From contig OY762428.1 in the NCBI GenBank assembly GCA_963665665.1, forward strand, positions 5,312,001 to 5,376,000: a DNA stretch of 64,000 bases, read 5' to 3'. A program made the translations under genes and the position numbers. Positions 20,229-30,337 of this stretch are shown here, one piece after another. The notes under the pieces were generated by a model. That model ran no database searches. It was not told where the DNA came from and saw nothing but the letters and a program-made list of their open reading frames with translations. Each line of letters begins with the position of its first letter. Position 1 is the stretch's first letter. The stretch is from Candidatus Kapaibacterium sp. (lineage in GTDB: Bacteria; Bacteroidota; Ignavibacteria; Kapaibacteriales; UBA2268).

Positions 20229-21068
20229 CTACCAGGCAGTCCAGCCACCATCAACAACGAGGTTGGCGCCTGTCATATAGGAAGAAGCGTCGCTTGCCAG
20301 GAAAACCACGGCACCTCTGTAATCTTCAGGTGCAGCCATTCTTCCAAGAGGTGTTTTGCGGGAATAATTCTGTATAAAGAATTCGTCCTGCCCGTTCTCA
20401 ACTCCGCCGGGAGAAAGAGTATTCACACGCACGCCGTTCTTTCCCCAGTAAGTTGCAAGAAAGCGGGTGAAAGAAATTACTGCGCCCTTTGCAGCAGGAT
20501 ACACGGCGGATTTAAAAAATTTCTGTGAACCGTCCGGCTTCATGTATAACGACTGGTCCGGCGCTACAATTCCATAAGTTGATGCAATATTGATTATGCT
20601 GCCTCCGCCCTGTTTAGCCATTTCAGCACCCAGCACCTGGGAACTTATAAACATACCTGTTATGTTCACGTCCAGAACTTTCCTGAAAAGTTCTACAGGA
20701 TAATTCTCAAACATCGAGGGATTGTTCTTTGAATTTCTTTTTGAAGAATCCGGCGCGTTAATGGGCTGTTCCACCATATCGTTTATTGCAGCGTTATTCA
20801 CCAGGACATCTATATGGCCGTACCTTTGCAGGATGTTCGTGCGCAGCGCTTTAACAGACTGAACATCCGTAATATCCAGCATCACGCCGGTTGACCATGT
20901 TGGTAACTGGGCGGCAAATTCTTCACAGGCATCCCTGTCGAGATCGCATACTACAACGTTTGCCCCGGCATCGGCAAGCGCTATACAATGCTGCCTTCCG
21001 ATCAACCCGAGAGCGCCTGTAACGACTGCCGTCTTATCGTTCAATAAGAATTGTTCGGATAGTTTCAT
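20229..21068 (-). CDS. SDR family oxidoreductase
   Basis: TGALGLIG, NNAA, YPAAK and VDGG motifs. Confidence 0.92.
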   Translation of the reverse strand: MKLSEQFLLNDKTAVVTGALGLIGRQHCIALADAGANVVVCDLDRDACEEFAAQLPTWSTGVMLDITDVQSVKALRTNILQRYGHIDVLVNNAAINDMVEQPINAPDSSKRNSKNNPSMFENYPVELFRKVLDVNITGMFISSQVLGAEMAKQGGGSIINIASTYGIVAPDQSLYMKPDGSQKFFKSAVYPAAKGAVISFTRFLATYWGKNGVRVNTLSPGGVENGQDEFFIQNYSRKTPLGRMAAPEDYRGAVVFLASDASSYMTGANLVVDGGWTAW

Positions 21069-21069
21069 A

Positions 21070-22404
21070 TTATTGTTTCCTGGGTTTCATGTTAAAATTA
21101 CCGACTTTCCTGAAAACCGGTTCAACAGGATCACCTTTAAGCAATTCACCGGCATTAGCGTTTTCGACCGCTTTTTTAAGCATGGGTAGTACCTCGCGGT
21201 AAACTTCGAGGGTATAATTAACATCATTTTCAGTGTGCGAGAATGACATATTATGGAAACCTCCCCAAAGGATTCCCCTTTTAATCATTTCCTGCTGGAC
21301 ATAAGATTTAAGAATTAGCGGATTACCGGCTTTGGCGTCAAAAGTCATCAGGCTACGGAAGTTATACCCCTTTGCTGATGTATAATCCATTTTTAGCGAA
21401 GACGCTATTTCATTGTATCCGTCTTTAAGCATCTTTCCCATTCTGTCAAGATGCCCCTGAACATCACAATTTCTCATTTCCTCGATCGTAGCTTTTGCCG
21501 CTGCAAGCGACAGGGCTTCGCCGCCGAAAGTGCCATAGAAGAATACTTCCGATTCAACAGCCCTCATAATGTCCCTGCGGCCTGTTATAATTGATAATGG
21601 CATCCCGTTGGCAACAGCTTTTGAAAAAGTTGCAATATCGGCTTTGATACCGAAATATTCCTGCGCCCCGCCAAGAGCAATTCGGAAACCTGTCCACATT
21701 TCATCGAATATAAGGACAATGCCTTTTTCATCGCAAATAGCTCTGAGCTTCTGCAGGAAGCCGTCTTTAGGAGCGTCAAATACAACCGGCTCAAGAATAA
21801 TTGCAGCCGTATCGTCGTCAATTGAATCCAATACGGAATCGATATTATTATAGTCGAATGTATAAGAAAGCTGCTTTGTATATTCAGGTATTCCCTTATC
21901 CCAGTCTGTAACGGTTATATACCAGTCCTGGGCCCCGTGGTAACCGCAGCACAGAATGGTGTTCTTTCCGGTAAATGCTCTCGCCAGCCTGATTGCGCCG
22001 GTTGTTACATCGTTGCCAATCTTTGAAAACCGTACAGATTCGGCATTTGGAATAATATCCCTGATAAGCTCTGATACTTCAACTTCCAGCCTGTGCGGAA
22101 GCGAGAATGTGATACCGTCTTCAAGCTGCTGTTTGATCGCTTCATCAATTTTATCATAAGCATAACCGAGAGATAGCGGTCCGACTCCCATTGTGTAGTC
22201 AATGTATTCGTTTCCGTCCACATCCCATACGCGGCAGCCCTTGCCACGCTCCAGATAGACAGGCGCTACGCCTTTCACGTATTGGCCCGGGCCTTTTGCC
22301 AGCGTCTGAGTATGCTTAGGTATTAAACCCTCCGCCCTTTCGCATAATTTTAGCGACTCCGAAATATCCGGATAATTATCATTGAATTTAACGCCGTTCG
22401 GCAT
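21070..22404 (-). CDS. Class III aminotransferase (GSA aminomutase-like)
   Basis: DVDGNEYID, YHG, LIFDEMWTGFR, SKAVANGMP and GTFGG motifs. Confidence 0.9.
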   Translation of the reverse strand: MPNGVKFNDNYPDISESLKLCERAEGLIPKHTQTLAKGPGQYVKGVAPVYLERGKGCRVWDVDGNEYIDYTMGVGPLSLGYAYDKIDEAIKQQLEDGITFSLPHRLEVEVSELIRDIIPNAESVRFSKIGNDVTTGAIRLARAFTGKNTILCCGYHGAQDWYITVTDWDKGIPEYTKQLSYTFDYNNIDSVLDSIDDDTAAIILEPVVFDAPKDGFLQKLRAICDEKGIVLIFDEMWTGFRIALGGAQEYFGIKADIATFSKAVANGMPLSIITGRRDIMRAVESEVFFYGTFGGEALSLAAAKATIEEMRNCDVQGHLDRMGKMLKDGYNEIASSLKMDYTSAKGYNFRSLMTFDAKAGNPLILKSYVQQEMIKRGILWGGFHNMSFSHTENDVNYTLEVYREVLPMLKKAVENANAGELLKGDPVEPVFRKVGNFNMKPRKQ

Positions 22405-22421
22405 AATTCCCCCGCTTATTA

Positions 22422-23336
22422 TTAATTTATTTTATTGAGTATTTTTTTGACAATATCTTCAGGCATAAAGCCTTCGTATTTCATAATTTCATTAAGCATT
22501 AACGGTTTGAACCATTTTTTATCAAGCCCTACCGGTACTATTTCAGGAAACACTCTCCTTTTTGTAAGCAGATTTGAAATAATCGAGAACAATCCGTTTT
22601 GGATAAAATGATCTTCTACAGTTACCAAAGTGTTGCATTCCAACGCAGCATTATAAATTGTCGCCTCATCCAGTGGGCTGAGTGTTCTTAAATTGATAAC
22701 CCTGCAAAGGTAGCCTTTTTTATTCAGGAGTTCTGCTGCTTTCAGGGTATTTTCAAGCATAATACCTGTTGTTATCAGTGCAAAGTCATATCCTTTCCCG
22801 AACACTTCGGCCTTGCCTATTTTAAACGGTTCGTGCTCAATACCGGTTTTATTATCATTATACCTGATATAGAATGGCATTTTAGAAGTAAGTATCTCCG
22901 GCAGACCGGACATCATTTCATCATAGTCCGACGGCGCAAAAACTCCCATTCCGGGGATACCGGCAATCAGGCCCATATCTTCTATTGCCTGGTGAGTCGG
23001 GCCGTTTGCCTGGGAAAGAAATCCTGCAAAACTGCCTACAAGCTTAACAGGCAGGTTTCCATAGCCTACATCTGTGCGAATAAATTCAAAAGACCTCATT
23101 GTAAGGAATGCCGCAAGAGCGTGAACAACGGGAACCCTTCCCCTGATGGCCATACCGGCTGCAGCGCCTACAAGCGTCATTTCAGAAATTCCGGTATCAA
23201 CGAAATTTTTCTCAATCAACGAAGGGATATTCCTTAAAGAAGCCCTGTTCTCGGCTGTCATCACAACGTATCGCTTATCTTCTTTTATAATCGTATGTAA
23301 TAATTCTTCGTAACTCATATCAAGCCTTTTATCCAA
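22422..23336 (-). CDS. Transketolase C-terminal subunit
   Basis: DTGISE, GPTHQAIED, YIR and VTVEDH motifs. Confidence 0.9.
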   Translation of the reverse strand: MDKRLDMSYEELLHTIIKEDKRYVVMTAENRASLRNIPSLIEKNFVDTGISEMTLVGAAAGMAIRGRVPVVHALAAFLTMRSFEFIRTDVGYGNLPVKLVGSFAGFLSQANGPTHQAIEDMGLIAGIPGMGVFAPSDYDEMMSGLPEILTSKMPFYIRYNDNKTGIEHEPFKIGKAEVFGKGYDFALITTGIMLENTLKAAELLNKKGYLCRVINLRTLSPLDEATIYNAALECNTLVTVEDHFIQNGLFSIISNLLTKRRVFPEIVPVGLDKKWFKPLMLNEIMKYEGFMPEDIVKKILNKIN

Positions 23337-23338
23337 TA

Positions 23339-24160
23339 TTAGTCTTTAACTTCTTCAAGAACTCTTTTCAACTCTTCATCAGTAAAGTTGCAGAACCATT
23401 TATCCCATCTCGCTTCTATCGAGGCGGCACCTTTTCCGCGAACCGTATCGGCAATTATTACTGTCGGTTTTCCGGATTCAGCAGGAACATTTGAAAATGC
23501 GGTTTCAATCGATTCGAAATCATGCCCGTTGCATTCCAGGGCTCCCCAGCCGAAAGCCCTGAATTTCTCAGCTATATTGCCAAGAGGTATTAGTTCTTCG
23601 GTCTGCATGTTTGCCTGGAATTTGTTTCGGTCAATTATCAGGATAAGGTTGTCAACTTTATGCGCCGTTGCAACAAGAGCAGCTTCCCAAGCAGAGCCTT
23701 CGTTCAGCTCGCCGTCGCCCATCAGAACAACTACTTTATCTTCTGAATCGCTGAGTTTCATTTCAAGAGCTGCTCCAAGGCCAATCGGCAAGCCGTGACC
23801 AAGCGAACCGGAATGAAAATCAACGCCTGCAACGTTAACATTAGGATGCCAATAGATATCGTCTTCTTCTTTCAGGTGAGAATTCAGCCTGTTTTTTTCA
23901 ATAAATCCCATCTCGGCAAAAACTGAATATAAGGCAGGCACAGAATGCCCTTTCGAAAGAAAGAACATATCCCTGTCTTTTTTATCCAGGTTATCTTTGT
24001 TCACGTTCAGATAATCATTGTAAAGCCAGAGTATTATATCGCTGCACGACATTGCAGATCCTGTAAAGGCGCCTCCGTTCGTGGACATTTCAAGAATAGA
24101 GCGTCTTACATTCCGTGCCTTTTCCTCAAGGCTGATCAACTTTTCTTTTGTCATTTTCAC
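23339..24160 (-). CDS. Transketolase N-terminal (ThDP-binding) subunit
   Basis: LSKGH, SGSLGHG, GDGELNEG...N and TVRGKG motifs. Confidence 0.9.
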   Translation of the reverse strand: MKMTKEKLISLEEKARNVRRSILEMSTNGGAFTGSAMSCSDIILWLYNDYLNVNKDNLDKKDRDMFFLSKGHSVPALYSVFAEMGFIEKNRLNSHLKEEDDIYWHPNVNVAGVDFHSGSLGHGLPIGLGAALEMKLSDSEDKVVVLMGDGELNEGSAWEAALVATAHKVDNLILIIDRNKFQANMQTEELIPLGNIAEKFRAFGWGALECNGHDFESIETAFSNVPAESGKPTVIIADTVRGKGAASIEARWDKWFCNFTDEELKRVLEEVKD

Positions 24161-24966
24161 CTTCCTGATATAACGAATCTTGTTTCTTCCGGGCGAACAG
24201 TATTCAATTCCGAAACATGGTTCCTGTACCAGTTCACCCCGCTATATAAATTGTTTATTTTCATGATCTCCGGTTTGGTCTCCAGCAGATCAATAATTTC
24301 AGTTAAAGTAAAAGGCCTTTCAGGCGTGTAAAGTTCCTCGTAAATCCTTTTTATAAAATCGTAGTCCTCGCGGTAATCGATTGTAAATCTATGGGACATA
24401 GAGTAATTTAGCCCGGTTTCCCACTCTACATTTCCAATCCTATACTTCTTCGGATTATCCCAGATATAAGGCGTGGTATGTTCAAGTTCGAAATTCTTTT
24501 CGGCGTTACGCCATGCTTCTTTCAGTATTCCGAATGGCATAACTTCCACATCGTTCCCGTCCGGATAAGTTGCAGGGTGCAGGTTCGATACAAAGTCGTA
24601 TTTTTCCTGATTATAGAGATAAAACCTGATAACTTTATCAATCACCGAAGGATCAATTAAGGGGCAGTCCGAGGGAATTTTCAGAACCACGTCGGCTTTA
24701 TGTTCAAGTGCTGCGCGGTAATGCCTGTCCAGCAGGTTGGTTGCATGGCCGCGATATACCGGGTATCCTTCTTTTTCGGCAATTTTTACAATTTCATCGT
24801 CGGATTCGTCTTTTGTGGTGGCAACCACAATTTTTGCAGGCAATGATGCGAAGGACATTCTTTCAAGCTGCCTTACGAATAACGGTTTGCCAAGTAAAGG
24901 CAGTAAAGTTTTGCCCGGAAGTCTTGATGATCCTGTTCTGGCCTGCATTATTATTACAATATTCAT
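24157..24966 (-). CDS. SpsF-like cytidylyltransferase
   Basis: QARTGSSRLPGK, DCPLIDP, EHTTPY and RFTIDY motifs. Confidence 0.88.
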   Translation of the reverse strand: MNIVIIMQARTGSSRLPGKTLLPLLGKPLFVRQLERMSFASLPAKIVVATTKDESDDEIVKIAEKEGYPVYRGHATNLLDRHYRAALEHKADVVLKIPSDCPLIDPSVIDKVIRFYLYNQEKYDFVSNLHPATYPDGNDVEVMPFGILKEAWRNAEKNFELEHTTPYIWDNPKKYRIGNVEWETGLNYSMSHRFTIDYREDYDFIKRIYEELYTPERPFTLTEIIDLLETKPEIMKINNLYSGVNWYRNHVSELNTVRPEETRFVISGR

Positions 24967-24980
24967 TTTTCTCCTGTAAA

Positions 24981-26030
24981 TTAAGCTACCTTTTTTACTG
25001 CTTTTGAAGGCTGCTTTTTAAACCAATTAAAATTTTTCTTCGTTAGTTCGCGTCCCGGCTCATTGAGCAGTTTTTCGCATACGGCTGCAATGTTGGCGGC
25101 TGACTGTCCGCCATTCTGCATCGGGGCCAGCCTTTTCAGCATATTCAGATCGAAATAGGAATATACTTTTTTGCCAAGAGCAATTCCCGTGTAAACCACA
25201 GTGGAATATTTTGCTATAAGTGTGTCGCAATTGGCTATCATTTCATGAATGTTCCCGCTTGTATAAACCAGGGCTTCGGGGGCATATTCGTTTATTTCGC
25301 GGGTGGCCCTGTCGAATTCCTCGTTCGGATGCAGTTTGAATATCAACTGTTTGCCCTTGGCAATTTTCACAGCATATTCAATAAATTTCTTCCTGTTTTC
25401 ATATTTGAATGTCTCTCGGGAATCAGACGTTGCTACAAGCACGAAATCTTTATGGGGAAAATCATTATCAGCATAGGCAATACAGTTGTCATAATTAGGA
25501 ATGCCTGTAACTATAAGTTTATCCCTGTCGATGCCGTTCCCGGAGAACATATCTTTATATCCCTCGCTAGCAACGCAGAAATAATTATATTTACCGGAAA
25601 GGCCTGTTGTTGATGTACTGGCAAGCCAACGCGGCATTTTCAGCCATTTGGCCATGTAGTATGCCAGGTTTTTCGGGTCAGTCATGCCTTCCTGAACCAA
25701 TACAACTTTTTTATTTTGAATATTCCTCGGAACAATAAGGTCGCTGCATGTAAGAACCAGATCATAATCACGACTGTTTCCCTGGTAATCGATTGGAAGT
25801 GTATTAGATTTCAGATATTGAATTGTATTATCCCTGAAACTGCCACCGAGAATCGAGAAATCCAGGTATCCTTTTTGGGCAAGAGTATCGATAAACCCAT
25901 CTGCATAATAAGGTGAAAAATAGCTGTTACAGTTTTTAAGATTCTTCGAAACCTGGTGCATCATAGTTGTCTGATTTATCGATCCGCAGATCATCAGGAC
26001 GTTTTTTTTGCGGTTATTTCTGGTTTTCAT
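24981..26030 (-). CDS. Hypothetical GT-B-like protein, candidate CMP-ulosonate transferase
   Basis: VLVQEG, VTGIPNYD, FKLHP and YSTV motifs; first gene of the NeuB/SpsF cluster. Confidence 0.55.
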   Translation of the reverse strand: MKTRNNRKKNVLMICGSINQTTMMHQVSKNLKNCNSYFSPYYADGFIDTLAQKGYLDFSILGGSFRDNTIQYLKSNTLPIDYQGNSRDYDLVLTCSDLIVPRNIQNKKVVLVQEGMTDPKNLAYYMAKWLKMPRWLASTSTTGLSGKYNYFCVASEGYKDMFSGNGIDRDKLIVTGIPNYDNCIAYADNDFPHKDFVLVATSDSRETFKYENRKKFIEYAVKIAKGKQLIFKLHPNEEFDRATREINEYAPEALVYTSGNIHEMIANCDTLIAKYSTVVYTGIALGKKVYSYFDLNMLKRLAPMQNGGQSAANIAAVCEKLLNEPGRELTKKNFNWFKKQPSKAVKKVA

Positions 26031-26399
26031 ATGCTGCTTTAATATTTCAATTAATATAATGACAGCAATTTACTCCCTTAGTATTAATACAAAATAAAGT
26101 TGTTATTAAAGTTGTCTGAACAGAGGCAATATGTAGCTATATATTATATATAATATACTTTTACAGCTATTGCGATTATATAGGTAGGGAATATTTGTAA
26201 GGATTTACTAAATAAATAAACCAAAGATTAACAAAGGCCGGCATTACTTAACAGAAAACAGATAAATCGGTAAAGAATATTACTGACCAATAGTAGAATT
26301 CTGTATCCGAAAGGCCTGCCCGTTTTAATTGCTCTTTCGGATATCCTGTCCGAAAGATACAAGAATTGGGAAATCCTTTCACTGCATTGCGTCGGGATA

Positions 26400-26530
26400 C
26401 GGAGATAGCGGGTCAAAGAGTTTCAGGATGACACCCCCCCACCTCCGTCAAATTCAATAGCCAGGTACTTTAGATCGTGGATAAAGATGCCTTGTTTTTC
26501 TTCAAAGCCCTGCCCTTCAAGGGGCACTGC
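26400..26530. repeat. REP-like composite fragment
   Basis: CAGGATGAC...CGTCAAATTCAATAGCCAGGTACTTTAGATCGTGGATAAAGATGC, shared with the units at 32.9, 34.3 and 34.6 kb. Confidence 0.7.
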
Positions 26531-26641
26531 ACATTACGAGGGTTTCACACTGAGTGTGTTTGGGAGGGTTGGGAACTGAATAGGAATATTCAATAACCGC
26601 GACTTAGTAAAATACGTGGATCCCGGATTTATGAATTTATT

Positions 26642-26676
26642 AAAAAAAAGTCCGGGAAAAATCAATCCCCGGACTT
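26642..26676 (-). terminator. Intrinsic terminator of dxs
   Basis: AAGTCCGGG/CCCGGACTT stem followed by a T-tract on the minus strand. Confidence 0.75.
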
Positions 26677-26699
26677 ATCTCTTTAATAGCAACAATAAT

Positions 26700-28634
26700 T
26701 TATTTCATTTTGATATAATCGTTTACAGTTTCGGATTTCAATTCCATTGAAAGCATCTGTGCAGCGCTGTTAGCTATTCCGACTGCATCCAGTCCAAGAT
26801 CTGCATGAAGTTCATCCTGGCTCCCGTGTTCAACCGGATTATCCGGAAGGCCGAGAATTTTCGTTTCAATATTTGTATGATTTTTTACAGAGAAAGCTTC
26901 AAGAACAGCAGATCCGAAACCGCCCTGTTTCTGATTGTCTTCAACCGTGATTACCTTATCAAACCTGCTATAAATCGAATCTATCATTTTCATATCGATT
27001 GGCTTAACGAACCGGGCGTTAATAACCTCGGCGGAAATATTGTTTTCTTCAAGTATTTCAGCAGCCTTTAGCGATGTTGTTACCATTTTCCCGATAGCGA
27101 GAATTGCAATATCTTTTCCCTCTTTCAAAGTTTCAGATTGCCCGATCCTTATCTGGCTGGCTGGCTTATCATCAAGCCCAAGTCCGCTGCCTCTCGGGTA
27201 ACGAATTACAACCGGGCCTTTATCGTAATGATTAACTGCCGTATGAAGCATATTCCTCAGTTCCTGCTCATCCTTGGGTGCCATGACAACTATACCCGGT
27301 ATTACCCTAAGATATGAAAGATCGAGAGTTCCGTGGTGTGTTGGCCCGTCGCTTCCCACAAGGCCGGCCCTGTCGATAGCAAAAACAACATGGAGTTTTT
27401 GTAGGGATACATCATGAATTATCTGGTCATAAGCCCTTTGCAGGAATGAAGAATAAATCGCAACAACGGGAACCAGGCCCTGCATTGCCATTCCGGCAGC
27501 ATAAGTTACAGCATGTCCTTCGGCTATACCAACATCAAAAACTCTTTCTGAGAATTTTTCCTGAACCATATCAAGGCCTGTTCCGTCAGGCATGGCAGCA
27601 GTAATTCCAACGATTTTTTTATTCTTCTCCATTTCCTTTATCATAGCATGTCCGAAAACATCCTGATATTTTGGGATTTTCTTTCCTGAAGATTTAATTG
27701 GCGTTCCTGTTTCCCTGTCAATTTTTCCAATGGCGTGAAGTTTGTGCGCATCGTTTTCAGCCGGGGCATACCCCTTTCCTTTCTGGGTTATTATATGAAG
27801 GAAAACCGGCCCTCGTACTTCTTTTATGAGGGTCAGCATTTTTATCAGTTTTTGGACATTATGGCCGTCAATAGGGCCAAAATAATTAAACCCGAGAGCT
27901 TCGAAAAGTACGCCGGGCGTAACGATAGCTTTTACGCCATCTTCAAGCCTTGAGGCAATTCTTCTTAGCCTGTCGCCAAGGCTGTCCATTTTACCGGCAA
28001 TATCCCAGATGTTATCCCGAATTTTCTGCATTGTTGTTGATGCATATAACTCATTGAAATAATTTGATAGTGCAGAGACATTGGATGCAATCGAGAAATC
28101 ATTATCATTCAGAATAACAATCATATTTCTTTTCTGAACGCCACAGTTATTCATAGCCTCGAATGCCATACCGCCAGTCATAGATCCGTCGCCGATTATA
28201 GCGGCTACATTGTAATCCTCACCTTTTAAATCTCTTGCTGTAGCCATACCCAGAGCTGCCGAAATACTTGTACTGGCATGCCCTGCCCCGAAAGCATCAT
28301 AAGGGCTTTCGGCAGGTTTCAGGAAACCGGAAATACCGCCCTTTTTCCTGATAGTATGCAGTACATCCCTTCGGCCAGTAATAATTTTGTGAGGATACCC
28401 CTGGTGGCCAACATCAAATATTATTTTATCCTTTGGTGTATTGAAAACATAATGCAAAGCAACGGTAAGTTCCACTACTCCCAAACCGGCTCCAAAATGG
28501 CCACCGCTTTTGGTAATTGTATCAACCATGAAATCACGTACTTCATTACACACTTGTGGAATAGCGCTTTTTTCAAGTTTACGCAGGTCTTCGGGAGAAT
28601 TTATCTTATTAAGGTATTTATATTTTTCGCTCAT
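26700..28634 (-). CDS. dxs: 1-deoxy-D-xylulose-5-phosphate synthase
   Basis: GGHFG, DVGHQ, GHASTS, GDGSMTGG, DRAG, DGPTHHG and IRYPRG motifs. Confidence 0.97.
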   Translation of the reverse strand: MSEKYKYLNKINSPEDLRKLEKSAIPQVCNEVRDFMVDTITKSGGHFGAGLGVVELTVALHYVFNTPKDKIIFDVGHQGYPHKIITGRRDVLHTIRKKGGISGFLKPAESPYDAFGAGHASTSISAALGMATARDLKGEDYNVAAIIGDGSMTGGMAFEAMNNCGVQKRNMIVILNDNDFSIASNVSALSNYFNELYASTTMQKIRDNIWDIAGKMDSLGDRLRRIASRLEDGVKAIVTPGVLFEALGFNYFGPIDGHNVQKLIKMLTLIKEVRGPVFLHIITQKGKGYAPAENDAHKLHAIGKIDRETGTPIKSSGKKIPKYQDVFGHAMIKEMEKNKKIVGITAAMPDGTGLDMVQEKFSERVFDVGIAEGHAVTYAAGMAMQGLVPVVAIYSSFLQRAYDQIIHDVSLQKLHVVFAIDRAGLVGSDGPTHHGTLDLSYLRVIPGIVVMAPKDEQELRNMLHTAVNHYDKGPVVIRYPRGSGLGLDDKPASQIRIGQSETLKEGKDIAILAIGKMVTTSLKAAEILEENNISAEVINARFVKPIDMKMIDSIYSRFDKVITVEDNQKQGGFGSAVLEAFSVKNHTNIETKILGLPDNPVEHGSQDELHADLGLDAVGIANSAAQMLSMELKSETVNDYIKMK

Positions 28635-28894
28635 GGATATCGCTTTATCTTAGATTTTGTCAATATTTTGCTAATAAATCAGATTACAAATAAAACAGAC
28701 GGCAATTTATGAAAAAAGTTTTAAACTTTGTTTTATTATCTCATATACAGACTGATTCCCGCGATTGTTATTTCAGATTATTCGTAATAATCCATCGCTA
28801 ATACAAACAACCTTTATATTCTGATAAGAAAAATCATTGAAATTGCACTCATGTTTGTTAATTTTGTATGTTATTAAATAAATTGTAGACAGAA

Positions 28895-30337
28895 TTGCAA
28901 AAATTAAAAAGCCATAGTAATATCCCGTTATTTGTTGATCTTGACGGAACTCTGATAAAAGGGGACTGCCTGTTCGAAGCGTTGGTTTACCTTATAAAAA
29001 CCAATCCGCTGATAATTTTTTTACTTCCGTTTTATCTTCTTAAGGGACTGGCTTCCTTCAAATATAAAATTTTCAGGGCGGCCTTGCCAAACCCGTCGAT
29101 ATTGCAGTATAAGCATGAGCTGATAGAATTTCTGAAAAATGAAAAAGAATCCGGAAGAAAGCTTATCCTATTAACTGCCAGCCCGAATTCAATAGCCGAG
29201 GCTGTTTCTGAGCATCTCGGGATATTTGACGAATTCAGGGGATCAGACGGAAAAATCAACCTGAAAGGAAAGAAAAAAATTGATTATATAAAATCCCGGA
29301 ACGATACTGCCGGTGGCTTTATTTATGCCGGTGATTCAGAGCCGGATATTCCAATCTGGAAAGAAGCAAATGAGATAATTATTGTTGGCTCTGAATCTAA
29401 GATTAAATATTTTGAAAAAAGAACCGGAAAGAAATCTGTTTCTTTTCAAACAAAGAAAAACCTGCTGAAATTGCTTATAAAAGAGATCAGGGTTTATCAG
29501 TGGGCAAAGAATGTACTCCTTTTTATTCCCCTGCTAATGGCACATAAAATCGGTGATGTTCAGCCATGGTTAAATACTGCACTTGCCTTTGTAGCCTACA
29601 GTTTAACTGCATCATCGGTATATGTATGGAATGATTTGATGGACCTGAAGGCGGACAGAATGCACCCGCGAAAAAACAAACGTCCTTTCGCATCCGGCAA
29701 TCTGCCTATAGCTTTAGGGCTAATCATTTCTCCTCTTCTTTTAACAGCCGGGCTTTCCATAGCAGGATTATTAATCAGTACCAGGTTCCTGATTATTCTT
29801 ATCGCTTACTTTGTGATTACCACAGGGTATTCTTTCTTCCTGAAGAAGATTTATATTCTTGACATTATAATATTATCAAGCCTCTATACATTCCGGCTTA
29901 TTGCCGGCGGCACAGCTGCCGATGTGATGGTTTCACAGTGGCTAATGGCCTTTTCCATGTTTATTTTCCTTAGCCTTGCTATTGTAAAAAGATATACCGA
30001 GCTTACTGTAATGCAGAAACAGAACAAAGAAAGAAGCAAAGGCAGGGGATATCTTGTTGCTGATATGGCTTTGCTCAGGAACCTCGGGCCGGTAAGCGGA
30101 TATATGTCCGTTCTGGTGCTGGTACTATACCTCGATTCTTCAAGCATAAAAAGATTGTACAGCCATCCTGAAATCCTTTGGGGAATTGCACCGCTGCTTC
30201 TCTACTGGATAACAAGGATATGGTTCAAAGCATACAGGGAACAAATGAGTGACGACCCGATAGTTTTTACCGGTAAAGATTACGTGAGTTATATAATCGG
30301 GATTTTGGTAGCAGTATTATTGATCGGAGCAAGCTGA
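28895..30337 (+). CDS. HAD-UbiA fusion, polyprenyl-phosphate phosphoribosyltransferase-like
   Basis: N-terminal DLDGTL HAD motif; QWAKN, NDLMD...DRMHPRKNKRPFASG, KRYTEL and DDP motifs. Confidence 0.88.
   Translation: MQKLKSHSNIPLFVDLDGTLIKGDCLFEALVYLIKTNPLIIFLLPFYLLKGLASFKYKIFRAALPNPSILQYKHELIEFLKNEKESGRKLILLTASPNSIAEAVSEHLGIFDEFRGSDGKINLKGKKKIDYIKSRNDTAGGFIYAGDSEPDIPIWKEANEIIIVGSESKIKYFEKRTGKKSVSFQTKKNLLKLLIKEIRVYQWAKNVLLFIPLLMAHKIGDVQPWLNTALAFVAYSLTASSVYVWNDLMDLKADRMHPRKNKRPFASGNLPIALGLIISPLLLTAGLSIAGLLISTRFLIILIAYFVITTGYSFFLKKIYILDIIILSSLYTFRLIAGGTAADVMVSQWLMAFSMFIFLSLAIVKRYTELTVMQKQNKERSKGRGYLVADMALLRNLGPVSGYMSVLVLVLYLDSSSIKRLYSHPEILWGIAPLLLYWITRIWFKAYREQMSDDPIVFTGKDYVSYIIGILVAVLLIGAS

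Noticed and set aside
21070-22404. hemL call for the class III aminotransferase
   Set aside because: It sits in a sugar-modification operon with no hem genes nearby, so only the family call is supported.
26230-26620. Structured ncRNA downstream of dxs
   Set aside because: The hairpins are largely explained by REP-like fragments and no known RNA family motif was recognised; an Rfam scan would settle it.
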